Source: the human T2T-CHM13v2.0 reference genome, Homo sapiens. From it: a stretch of DNA of 64,000 bases. Shown piece by piece: positions 1 through 13,395 of the stretch. The position numbers and the translations under genes are program-made. The notes below the pieces were generated by a model. That model was not told where the DNA came from. It made no database searches and saw only the letters and a list, made by a program, of their open reading frames with translations. How positions within the stretch are numbered: position 1 is the first letter of the stretch; every line of letters starts with the position of its first letter. Location of the stretch: assembly GCF_009914755.1 (NCBI RefSeq), contig NC_060934.1; one strand, written 5' to 3'.

Positions 1-898
1 ATTCATACTGGAGAAAACTGTGTCCAAATGTGCATGAATTCACAGGATTTATGACAGAGTTAATCAAGGGAATAATGGAAAAGGTTGTGAATATGGGCAA
101 AAAGATAGGTTGTGAAGTGCATCAAGATGTAGATCTTGAAGCAATTCAAGAGCTAATAGACATCATGCCAGAGGAGTTAACAGAGGATAATGATGAAAAT
201 GATTGCTTCCAAATCAGTGCTAGATGATAAGGAAGAAGACATAAAAGAAGCAGTGCTAGAAAACAAATTGACATTAGACAGTTTGGCAAAAGAGTTCTGA
301 TTATTCAAGACTGCTTCTGATTTCTTTCATGACATGGTCTTTTCTATGATACAGGCACTGAAACTAAAGCAAATGGTAGAAGAAGGATTGGTACCATATA
401 GAAACATTTTTAGGTAAATGAAAAAGCAAAAAAGTCAGACAGAAATTATCATTTATTTCTGTAAAGTTACACCAAGTGTGCCTGCTTCTCCTGCCTCCTC
501 TTCCACCTCTTACCCTTCTTATGCTTCTGCTACCCCTAAAACAGCAAGGCCAACTCCTCCTTTCCTTCCTTCTCCTCAGCCTACTCAGGGTGAAGAGGAT
601 GAGGATGAAGACCTTTATAATAATTCACTTCCACTTAATGAATAGCACATGTATTTTCTCTTTTTTATGATTTTCTTAATAACATTTTCTTTTTTCTAGC
701 TTACTTTACTATAAGAATACAGTGTATACTATAAGAATAACAAGTACATGTAATGTACAAAATACTTGTTCATGCTATTGGTAAGACTTCTGGTGACTAG
801 TAGGGTGTTAGTAGTTAAGTTTTGGGTTAAAAGTTGTATGTGGATTTGACTACATGAGAGGTCGGTGTCCCAATCCCCTACATGTTCAAGGGTCACTG
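1..898 (+). mobile_element. Tigger2 (TcMar-Tigger DNA transposon), 3' portion with degraded transposase C-terminus
   Basis: Matches recalled Tigger2 sequence (cagcctactcagggtgaagaggatgaggatgaagacc...ccacttaatgaatag). Ends in the terminal inverted repeat gttcaagggtcactg followed by TA (899-900). ORF 30..227 (DLEAIQELIDIMPEELTED) is a pogo-type transposase remnant with stops. Confidence 0.85.
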
Positions 899-1848
899 TA
901 TTACTTTGTGTGAGTCTCCCACAACATATTTACTCATTCTCCTATTGATGTACAGTCGGATTGACTCTGGTTAAGGGGTTTTGTAAGTAGTATTGTTGTG
1001 AACATTCTTGTTCATGTCTTTTGTTGGACATATGCACTTACATATTAGGAGTGGAATTGCTAAGCAATAGGCTATTTTCCAAATATACAATCTCATAAGC
1101 TAGGTATGAGAGCTGTATTTGCTTCACAGCCTTTCTATTATAACACTAGGTCTTTTTAGTATTCATAATGTTAGCCATAATGGTATGGATGTGTGTGTAG
1201 TTAGTTGTATTTTGTTGTGATTCTTATTTTCATTTCCCTGATGACTAATATATTTTCCAGATAAAATATATATATTGTTCATGTGCATAATCATTTTTTC
1301 ATGGGTGCTTATTCACGTATTTTAACCATTTTATTGGATTTTTTTGATTTGTAAATTTATTCATATATTCTAAATATAACACTATTAGAATATGTGTATT
1401 GAAAACATTATCTACCACTATGCAGTTTGTATTTTCAGTCTTTTTGGTCTTTTTGATGAATAAAGTTCTTATTTTAATGTGTCTAAGTTTATTAATGTAT
1501 ACATTTGTGGTTCGTGCTCTTTGTGTTCTGTTCAAGAGACAGTAACCTAACTCAAATTATGAAGATATTCTTTTATAAGTTTTACATTTGTATCTATATA
1601 CATATAAATCTAGTTGATTTTTATAATAGTGTGATTAGAGGGCCAAATTTCATTTTGTCCACTTAGATATCCAGTTGACCAAGTATTATATTTCACTGCT
1701 CTTTAGTATCAGCTTAAAGGGACCACGTATACTGTTGGCCTATTTCTAACCTCTAATTTGTTACATTGGTTTATTTGTATTTCCTTGGGCCAATGCAACA
1801 CTGAAAAACATTTACATTTCAAGCTATACTTGCTATACTTGCAGTTTC

Positions 1849-2545
<697 letters not shown>

Positions 2546-2868
2546 TGCATTTTCTTATAGATTTTAGAATCGGCATATATATTTTTATAAAAATTACTTG
2601 TTGGGGTTTTGATTGGTTTTACCATTGCAAGTAGGACAATTTTTAGAAAGTTGGCATTTTATAATAATAGGCTTTCTTATTCTTCCATTTAATAAAACTT
2701 AGTATTTCTCTGAACAGTGAATGTAATTTTCTCTGAAGAGGTCTTGTACATAATTTCATTAGATTTACTGTTAGGTAATTTGGTATTTTTTGATGCTGTT
2801 GCAAATGGAGTCTTTTTCTGTTTCATGTTTTAATTGCTTTGATGACATATAAAAACGCAATTACTTTT

Positions 2869-2959
2869 TATTGGATTAAGCCATGTGAAATTGATGACAG
2901 TCAACATTTTTTGACCTACAAAAAAAAAAAAGAGGCAATTTTATTTGGTTCACCTTACA
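2869..2959. mobile_element. MADE2-like mariner MITE with an expanded internal A-run
   Basis: tattggattaagccatgtgaaattg...tttttgacctacaaaaa...ggcaattttatttggttcacctta: imperfect palindrome starting at TA, matching recalled MADE2 layout. Confidence 0.7.
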
Positions 2960-3146
2960 CCTTACATTGGCCTTTTATCTAATGGCATCACTGATTCTAA
3001 TAGTTTGTAGTTTACTTTTGATTAATAAGGTTTTTATTTTTACATATATAATCATGTCTTCTGTGAAAAATGGAACTTACTTTTCTTCTTTTTGAAAATG
3101 TGTGCATCTTTCTTTTTCTTGTTTTATGTACTGACTATGACTTTCT

Positions 3147-3261
3147 TTTTATTGTCTGTTTTTGAGATGGGAGTCTCACTATGTTGTCCAAACTCCTGGG
3201 CTCAAGTGCTTCAGCCTCCTGAGTAGCTGGGATTACAAGGAATGTGCTGTCATGCCTTGCT
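3147..3261 (-). mobile_element. FLAM-type Alu monomer with internal deletions
   Basis: gagatgggagtctcactatgttg...ctcctgggctcaag...gctgggattaca. TSD tgactttct (3138-3146 / 3262-3270). Confidence 0.85.
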
Positions 3262-4459
3262 TGACTTTCTAAACATTACTATATAATGGACTTCTTCATG
3301 TTGTTCCTGATTTTAGTTGGGAAGCATTCAGTATTTTACCATGAGGTTGATATTACTCTTATATTTTTGGTAAATATACACAATCAGCTTGAGACATTCC
3401 CTTTTTTCCTCCTAGTTTGCAGAGGAGAATTTATTCAATGCTTTACCTACATCTACTAATAAGGATATATGATTTTCTCGCATTATGTTGTTAACATAGT
3501 GACTTAAATTAATTACATTTTTTCATGTTAAAAAATGATTTTATGGAATAAATGCAGAAATAAATTTGTAGTGATATATTATCCTTTTTATATATCACTA
3601 CATTTTATTTACCATTATTTTGTTTATAAATTTCACATCTATGTTTATAAGAGACTGGACTATTTGTAGTTTTCTTTACTTATCTTGTCCTCATCAGGTT
3701 TTAATATCAATAATATAATGACCTTATAAAACCAGTTGGGGTATGTGTCCCATTTATATATTCACTAGAAGCAGAATTCTTAAATGTTTTGAATTCACTA
3801 GTGATATTTCTTTGTGGATTTAAAAATTAAATTACCAGTTTTAATTTCTGTAATGGGTGTTGGACTATTCTTATTTTCTATTGAATATCTGATTTCGTAA
3901 ATTGTGTTTTTATAATATTTTCCCATTTCAGCAAAACTTTAACATTTGTGACAAAGTTTCTTACAATATTAACTGTAGATTTTTTCACATATGTAGTTTT
4001 ATAGTGGTTTCTTTTTTAATCCTGATTTTTGTTAGTTTTGGCATTCTTTGTTATGTTTTTTTCTTGATCAGCTTTGCTAGAGGTGAATCAATTTTCTTAG
4101 TGTTTTCTAACAACGAATTTTTGGCTTTGTGAATTTTTCTCTGTTGTATGTTTGTTTTACATTTCATTATTTTCTGCTTTTAAAATTTATTTTACTTCAT
4201 TTTGGGTTCATTTTAGTTACTGTTTTTTCCTGGCTCCTTGAAATGGATATTTTGCTCATAGATTTTAAGCTTTTCTCTTTCTAGTAAATACATCTAAGGC
4301 TATATATTTCTCTCTAAGCACTGTTTTAGATGGATTCAACATGTTTGATATATTGTACATTCATTATCCTTGACTTTGAAATATTTTCCATTTTGATTTC
4401 TGCATTATTAAATTATGAGTTATTTTAAATTAAATGCTTATGTTGAGAATATCCTTATT

Positions 4460-5333
4460 TTTATTTAATTTATTTTAATTGAAAAATAAAAGTTATACAT
4501 ATTTATGGTATACAAAATATAATTATTTGTATATGTATATATTGTAGAATAATTAAATCAAGCTAATTAACATATATATAACCTAATGCTTTTTTGTGGT
4601 GAGGACATTTAAAATAGAATCTCTTAGTAATTTGTATGTATACAATTTATTATTATTAACTATAGTCATCATACTGTACAATAGATCTGCAGAAAGTATT
4701 CTTTCTGTCTGACTGTAGCTTTGTACCTTTTGACCAACATCTTCCCATCCATCTCTCTACCTCTCCCAGCCACTGGTAACCACCATTTTAATTTTACTCT
4801 TTGCTTCTAAAAGTTTGACATTTTTAAATTCCACATGAACACTAATCATCAGAAAAATGCGAATTAAAATCACAATAATACATCACCTCACACCTATTAG
4901 AACTGCTATTATCAAAAAGTCAAAGGAAAAACTGTTGGCAAGAATGTGGAGCAAAGGAAATCCTTGTACACTGCTAGTGGGAATGTAAATTAGTACAGCT
5001 ATCATAGAAAACAGTATGGAGGTTCCTCAAAAACTGAAAAAAAATGGAACTACCATATATTCCAGCAACCTCACTTGTGAATATATATTCAAAGAAAAAG
5101 AAAAAGTATGTTGAAGAGATATCTGCACTCTCATGTTCATTGTAGCATTATTCACAGTGGTCAACATATGGACTCAACTAAGTGTCCATCAGAGAATGAG
5201 TACATATGGAAAATGTGTTATACCATTCAGCCATAAAAAGGACATAAATTCTCTCATTTGTGACAACATAGATGAACCTGGAGGACATGCTAAGTGAAAT
5301 CATCTGGGCACAGAAAAAAAATTACTGCATGAC
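4460..5333 (-). mobile_element. L1MA-type element, 5'-truncated and 5'-inverted
   Basis: 4460-4838 is an antisense L1MA 3' end. 4839-5333 is sense-strand L1 ORF2 end/3'UTR. Candidate TSD atccttatt / atccttctt. Confidence 0.8.
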
Positions 5334-6091
5334 ATCCTTCTTAAAAAAAAGGTTTCATACTTAAATTCTTCCAGGTCAGATAATATAGTCTACATAATTT
5401 CATTCCTTTGAAATTTGTTAGAAATTATATTTTATAGTCTGCCATGTGGCCAATTTTGGTAAAATTTCTATGAGTATTGAAGAGAGGGTTTATTCTGTTT
5501 TTTATTGACATGATAATCAATACATGTAAATTAGGTCAAGCTTGTTAATCTTTATGCACAGAACATCTACGTTTTTCCTTTATTTATTACTTCTTTTTAC
5601 CAATTACTGTGGGAGAAATACTAAAATATTTTGCAATTGTATATTTGTCTACTTCTCCCTTTAGTTATGTCTCATTTTGCTTGATATGTTTTGCAGTTGT
5701 ATTATTTGCTGCATACAAATTTAGAATAATTATATTTTGCAGATAATCATTAAATCACATGACAACTCTCAGTCTTTATCCCTAGTGATGCTTCTTACTT
5801 TAAAATATAGTCTCTTTGATATGCATATAGCCACACTAGTTTTCTTTCAGTTAGTGCTTATTCATTATATTCTTTTACATTTATTTTTTACTTTTAAACT
5901 TTCTCTTATATTTAAGGTATGTCTATGTAAGCCAAATATTATTGAGGCACATTTATGTATTCAGTTTGACAATCTTTTTCTTGTAATTGATGTACTTATT
6001 CCATTTAACTTTAATAAAATTATTTATACATTTGGTTTACTATCCGTTATCTTAGTTTTGACTTCTATTTCAACAATCTATATTATGTACC

Positions 6092-8352
6092 TGTATTAGT
6101 CCATTTTCATACTGCTATGAAGAAATACTCAAGACTGGGTAATTTATAAAGAAAATGAGTTAATGAACTCACAGTTCCACATGGCCTCACAATCATGGCA
6201 GAAGGCAAAGGAGGAGCAAAGGCACATCGTACATGGCGGCAGGCAAGAGAGCACATGCAGGGGAACTGCCCTTTATAAAACCATCAGATCTCATGAGACT
6301 TGAGACTTATTCACTATCACAAGAACAGCCTGGGAAAAACCCACCTCCGTGATTCAATCACCTCCCACTGGGTCCCTCCCACAGCACATGGGGATTATAG
6401 GAGCTACAATTCAAGATGAGATTTGGGTGAGGGCACAGCCAAACCATATCATTCCACCCCAGTCCCTCCCAAATCTCATGTCTTCACAATTCAAAACACA
6501 ATCATGCCCTTCCAACAGTCCCCCAAAGTCTTAACTCATTCCACCATTAACTCAAAAGTCTAAGTCCAAAGTCTCATCTGAGATAAGGCAAGTTCCTTCT
6601 GCCTATGAGCCTGTAAAATCAAAAGCAAGTTACTTCCTTCCTAGATACAATGGAGGTACAGGAATTAGGTAAATACATCCATTCCAAGTGGGAGAAATAG
6701 GCCAAAACCAAGGGGCTACAGGCCCCCATGCAAGCCTGAAATCCAATAGGGCAGTCATTAAACCTTAAAGTTAGAAAATGATCTCTTTTGACTCCATGTC
6801 TCACATCCAGGTCACGCTGATGCAAGAGGTGGGCTCCCATGTCCTTCGGCAGCTCCCAGCCTCTCTGGGAGAGCCACTCCTGTGGCTTTTCAGGATACAA
6901 CTCCACTTCTTGCTGCTTTCACAGGCTGGCATTGAGTGTCTGCAGCTTTTCCAGGTGCACAGTGCAAGCTATTGGTGGATCTACCACTCTGGGGTCTGGA
7001 GGGTAGTGGCCCTCTTCTTACAGCTCCAGTAGGCAGTGCTCCAGTGGGGACTCTGTGTGAGGGCTCCAACCCCACATTTCCCTTCTGCACTGCCATAGCA
7101 GAAGTTTGCCATGGGGGCTCTGCTCCTGTAGCACACCTCTGCCTGGACATCCAGGCATTTACATACATCCTGTGAAATCTAGGCAGAGGTTCTCCAACCT
7201 TAATTCTTGACTTCTGTGCACCCACAGGCTCAACACCATGTGGAAGCTGCCAAGACTTGGGGCTTGCACCTTCTGAAGCCATGGGCCAGAGAGGCGGGGA
7301 TGCAGGGCACCAAGTCCCAAGGCTGCACACAGCAGCCCCTTCCCCACCCCTGGACTCAGCCAGGAAACCATTTTTCCCTCTTAGGACTCTGGGCTTGTGA
7401 TGGAAGGGGCTGCTGCGAAAGTCTCTGACATGTCCTGGAGACATTTTCCCCATCGTCTTGTGCAAATTTGGCTCCTCGTTACTTATGCAAATTTCTGCAG
7501 CTGGCTTGAATTTCTCCCCAGACAATGGGTTTTTCTATTGTATTGCATTGTCAGGCTACAAATTTTTCAAACTTTTATTCTTTGCTTCTTTTGAAACTTT
7601 GCCCCTTAGAAATTTCTTCCACCATACACCCTAAATCAAATCATCTCTCTCAAGTTCAAAGTTCCACAGATCTCTAGGGCAGGGGCAAAATTCCACCAGT
7701 CTCTTTGCATAGAAAGAGTGATCTTCACTCCAGTTCCCAAAAAGTTCCTCATCTCCATCTGAGACCACCTCAGCCTGGACATTATTGTCCATATCACTAT
7801 CAGCATTTTGGTCAAAGCCATTCAACAAGTTTCTAGGAAGTTCCAAAGTTTCCCACATTTTTCTATCTTCTTCTGAGCCCCGCAAACCATTCCAACCTTT
7901 GCCTGTTACTGAATTATAAAGTTGCTTCCACATTTTTGGGCATCTTTACAGCAGCACCCCACTCTACTGGTGCCAATAGTAGATTGATATTGGTATTGGT
8001 ATTAGTCCATTTTCATATTGCTATGAAAAAATACCTAGGACTGAGTAATTTATTTAAAAAAGAGGGTTAATGGACTCACAGTTCCACATGGCTAGGGAGG
8101 CCTCACAATCGTGGAAGGTGAAGGAGGAGCAAAGGCATGAAGGAGGAGCAGGCAAGAGAGCATGTGCAAGGGAACTCCTCTTTATGAAACCATCAAATCT
8201 CATGAGATTTATTTACTCTCATGAGAACAGCATGAAAAAAGCCCACCCCGATGATTCGATTACCTCCCACTGGGTCCCTCCCACAACATGTGGGGATTAT
8301 GGGAGCTACAATTGAAGATAAGATTTGGGTGGGGCACTGCCAAACCATATCA
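6092..8352 (-). mobile_element. Two-LTR THE1 (THE1C/D-like, ERVL-MaLR): LTR 6092-6451, THE1-int, LTR ~7999-8352
   Basis: Two direct LTRs (tattagtccattttcata...ccaaaccatatca). Polypurine tract complement ttccacccc lies next to the left (3') LTR. 5-bp TSD gtacc (6087-6091) / atacc (8353-8357). ORFs 6890..7525 and 7631..7933 are THE1-int remnants. Confidence 0.93.
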
Positions 8353-9262
8353 ATACCCTTTTCTAAATTTTCTTACCTACTTTTAGAAAAATCATGTGTT
8401 TTTAAAAAGTATTTCAATATTCCCTTCTGTTAGCTGGTAAGTTTCTTTTTTGTTATCATTTTTGTTATTACTCTGGAGATTACAACATTAATCTTTGACT
8501 TATCAGAGGCTAATAAAAAATCAGCACTTTTATTACTTTTCAGATAATGCTGAATCCGTATAATATTTTAATTTAATTTACTTCCTCCTTCCTTTTGTGT
8601 TATCACTGTCATGAATTTTATTTCTATGCATATTTTAACCCTTGAAAATATTATTTGTTTTGATTTTCTCTGAATTTCTACTTTTCTTTATTATCTTTCT
8701 TCTGCCTGAAGAAATTTATCGAGTATTTCTTCAACGTGGGTCTACTGATAATAGATTCTGTCCTTTTGTATTTTTATGAACCTTCCATTTTAAGAGACAT
8801 GTTTCCTGAATCCAGAATTCTACTTTTGCTGATATATTTTCTCAGTATGTTAAAAAAATGCCATTCCATAGTTTTCTGGCTTTCATTATTTCTGTAATAA
8901 TCGTTAATACTGTTGCTACTTTGAAATTAATCTGTCTTTTCTTGTCTTGCTTTTGAGATTTTCTCTTTGCTTTTGGTGTATAGCAGTTTTACTATAATAT
9001 ACCCTTACTCTAGTATGGTCTTTGTGTTTTCCTACTTAAGATTTGTGGCACTTCTTGAGTAAGTGGCTTGATAAACTTTTTCAGTTTTGAAATATTCTTA
9101 GCTGTTGTTTCTTCAAACTTGGCTTTTGTCCACTTCTTTCTCTTCCTTCCTTCACTGCATTTCATGTGTCTTCTTCACTCTTTTATGTATTTTCCACCAA
9201 TTTTTTTCTCTGCTTCAGTTTGTATAATTTTTATGATCTTTAACTTCATTAATCTTCTATAA

Positions 9263-9613
<351 letters not shown>

Positions 9614-10694
9614 CTTCTTGAGTTCTTAATTCCAGTTATTGAAGTTTCTACATCTAAAATTTGCAACTACTTCAGCCTCTAATTTTCTGTGAAATTCTTC
9701 ATCTTATGATATATGTTTTTGACTATTAGTCATAGTTATTTTAAAGTCTATGTCTGACAACTTGAAAATTTGGATCACCTGGATCTGTTTCTGTTGATCA
9801 AGAGATCATTTTTCCCTTGATCTTATTTGTTGGAATATCAGCTAATTTTTGGTTGAATCTTTCACACTACATATAATTGAATAAAGAAGCCCTGGGTGGT
9901 GGTATGTACATCAAGAAAGGGTTCACCCCATCTCTTGACAGGCATGAAGGGTAGAGCAGATCACCTCATTCTAATTACAGCCTGAGAAGACCTTGATCAG
10001 GCCTGCAGTTGAAGTTATAGTTTATATCCAGCTTGTTCTTTCCTTCGGGTCATTTTCACTCTTGGTATATAGTCCTCCAAGTGTCCAGACTGTGAGCCTG
10101 AGGAATTTCCTGGGCCCTTCTTTGTTGGCAGCACTGAACTCCACTTTTTACTTCTATGCACCATTAGGCTTTGTCTTATGTATCATGAGACTACTAAGAT
10201 TTTACTCTGTTTTTCAGCTATTTCTTATTGGCCTTTTAGCCTCTTGGCCTGCACAGCTTAGGTATTTAGCAAATGCACTATGGGAGACGCTATTGCTTGT
10301 TGGTCTTACTTCTTTGAACCTTTATTCTTTAGGGATCTTGGCTTCTTAAGTTCTGCCTGAATCAGCACCCTAAACTGCAATTTTTGTCCCTTCAACTTTA
10401 AAAGACTTCTGAAGTCTCTGATGATTTCATAGTAGCCACTCTCTTCTTGGATTCTCAGTCTCTTCTCTTAACAAAGAAAATACATATGTCATAAGAAGAG
10501 AAACTGAACTCAGAACATTGGGTTTATCTTATTGAATTTCTTCTCTCCTGAATTCTGACTTATCAAATTTTCATTTTCTCAGCAGCAATCCAATTCCTTC
10601 AAACAATTTACTTTTATATTTGAGCTGAATTTTCATATTGTTCTTAAAAGGAGTGTTGGTCTGCTACATCCAGCATAATCAAAAATGAAAATCA

Positions 10695-11032
<338 letters not shown>

Positions 11033-11439
11033 AAATCAGTGCTCACTTTTTTCCTTTAGAATCTATCTAGTTTAATTGATTTTAATTGATATATAATTTA
11101 CATGCAATTAAATATATAATCTTAAGTGTACAGATCCACAGATTGACAGATCAACTTTTTACTCTGTAACAGAGCACTGTTATTTTATTTTACTGGTGAA
11201 ATGCCTCAGTTTAGCTCCTGCAAACTCAGTTTTTTACAGAAGCATATTTTTTGCTTCATCACTTTTATATAACTGTAAAATATTGTTTTACCTAGAAGCA
11301 CATGAACCGATTGGTCCTTGTTTTAAGGAGTTTACAACCTGGATGGAGGATTAAGGTTTATAGACATAAGTAAATCTTTTGGAACTCATTTTATCTTACT
11401 GATTACATTACCCAGGTATTAACTTTCTTTCTTGGACAG

Positions 11440-11685
11440 CCAGGATAGTGTAATGAAAAAAGCAAAGGCTGAGAAGATTAAACTGACATGGGATTTTGTC
11501 TTGTGCCTAACATTTTAAACTGTTCCTAGGGCAAGACAAGTAATGTCAGTTACCCTCAGTTTTTCTACTATACAATTTGAATAATACCTAGACTGCAAGT
11601 TCATTGTGAAATTGAGATAATGTGTATAAGGGCCTATTGCAGTGTCTGCCGCATGCTAAGTGATGCATTAATATTAGCTGTTACT
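11440..11685 (+). mobile_element. MIR
   Basis: ccctcagtttttc...ataatacct...ttgtgaaattgagataatgtgtataag...attagctgttact core and tail. Confidence 0.7.
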
Positions 11686-13104
11686 CATTTTATTCTCTAC
11701 TTGGCATTTTTCTCATCAGCTAATATCTGTTGCTTTGCTTCTTCTTCCAACCACCCTGCCTCTCTCTTTTTTCTTTTCCATGATTAAGTTTTCACAGGTG
11801 GTTTTCATTCCCTCACTATCTCACCCATGCCCACATGCATGGAAGACAGTAGCATATTATTGACTACTAATATTAGCCATCATTCTCCTCCTATCAATTT
11901 CTGTGAGTTGCTTGGACACAATTTGTGTTGCACATATATAAAAGTGGACTGTGGAGGAGTGTGTTGAGGGCAGATAGGCACCCTTTGATTGGAGAAATTG
12001 TCTCCAGTCATCAAGAACAGTGTCTTTTTTACAGAGTGTTAATTCTCCATTTTCCTCCATCCCGAGCCTCTGAGGTTTTAAACTAGGGCATCTAGCATCT
12101 TGTCTTTTTCTTTCTAGTGGAGGCTCTGGTCAAACTTTCTCTGTCTGAGTTCATTCCTGGAGGGTTTGGGGGTTGTTGTAAGACATGCGTTTTTAATTTG
12201 GTAAAATTAAGTCTCTTCGGTTAAATCTACTGTGAAATTAAAACCCTGACTCAAACCTGACATTCAATAGATTCCCTTGGGAAGTGTCCTGATTTTATGT
12301 GAACTCAAATGGCCACAGTAAGCCTAAGGTCCATTTCAAATTTTTCAGGTTCAGCTGCCTGATGGGAGATGGAAGATTGTTGCAGAGACACAAATACCTT
12401 TCCAGGTGTGGACAGAGCAGGCTGAGGGAGATACTCAGAGTAATGTGGGGATAGTCTCTCTTTGTACCTTATTTTAGGGTCCTTTTTTATATAGCTATTG
12501 TGTTAGTGACTGGTTACTGAGCTATGTGTGCAATGATTCTTTTACCACTATACCTTTTTCTGCTTAATGGTATTACAGTATTAATGATAGTATTAATAGA
12601 AGTGGCATTGAGTCCTTTTAATTTTTCATTTTGGATGCAAGATCATCCATCTAGTGTGAACCACTAGTTAATTACATTTGGTCTGATGTTCTTGGCTGTC
12701 TCTAGGTACAGAAGTTTAGTATGCTTAAGGAGATGCTTAATTGGTATTACTTGATTAAGACTGCATTTTCCAGGTAATTTGTTTAAATAAACAGAAGGTT
12801 ATTTGATTTCCTGCCTTTATAAAATTAAGGCTAAATTTTAAATTCTTGAAAACTCTAAGACAATGTGTGTTGTGTGTGTGTTTTAAGGCACAGTTCTCTT
12901 AATTTCTTAATCAGTAGATTTATTGCAATGTGAAATAAAGAGTATATCTCGGTGGTATCAAGACCTGTACCAATATTTTGTTTTTAAGGGTCCTTATTCC
13001 TTACCCCTCTTGAGGGTGGAGTTGGAAGCCTTGCATTTATCCTCTCAGGATTTTCCTTGGGACAAAATTACCATAAAAATATGCGTTTAGACTATTGACT
13101 TCTT

Positions 13105-13395
13105 TTAGAAACATTTAATTTTAGAATACTTTTAGGTTCAAAAAAATTATACAGAGAATTCTCATTTTCCCTGTATTTGGTTTCGTCTAGTATTAATATC
13201 TTACATTAGCATAGTACGTTTGTCACAATTAATGAATGCTATTAATATATTATTATTAAATGCAGTCCATACTTTATTAAGAATTCTTTAGTTTTCCCTT
13301 AATGTCTTTTTTTTTAAATTCCAGATTCCATCAAGGATAACATGTTACATTTAGTTGTCATTTTCCTTAGGTTCCTCTTGGCTGTGACAATTTCA
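13105..13395 (-). mobile_element. L1MC/MD-type 3' end fragment
   Basis: ttttagaatactttttaggttca...catgttacatttagttgtca...cttggctgtgaca. Flanked by agactattgact / agaccattgact (likely TSD). Confidence 0.75.

Noticed and set aside
418-645. Ser/Pro-rich ORF with acidic tail
   Set aside because: Part of Tigger2; the same sequence recurs in Tigger2a at 23162-23395.
6890-7525. Longest ORF (211 aa) as a gene
   Set aside because: Lies wholly in THE1-int; a broken MaLR ORF remnant with no gene structure.
12349-12440. Plus-strand open segment VQLPDGRWKIVAETQIPFQ after tttttcag
   Set aside because: Peptide not recognised and donors are weak; insufficient support.
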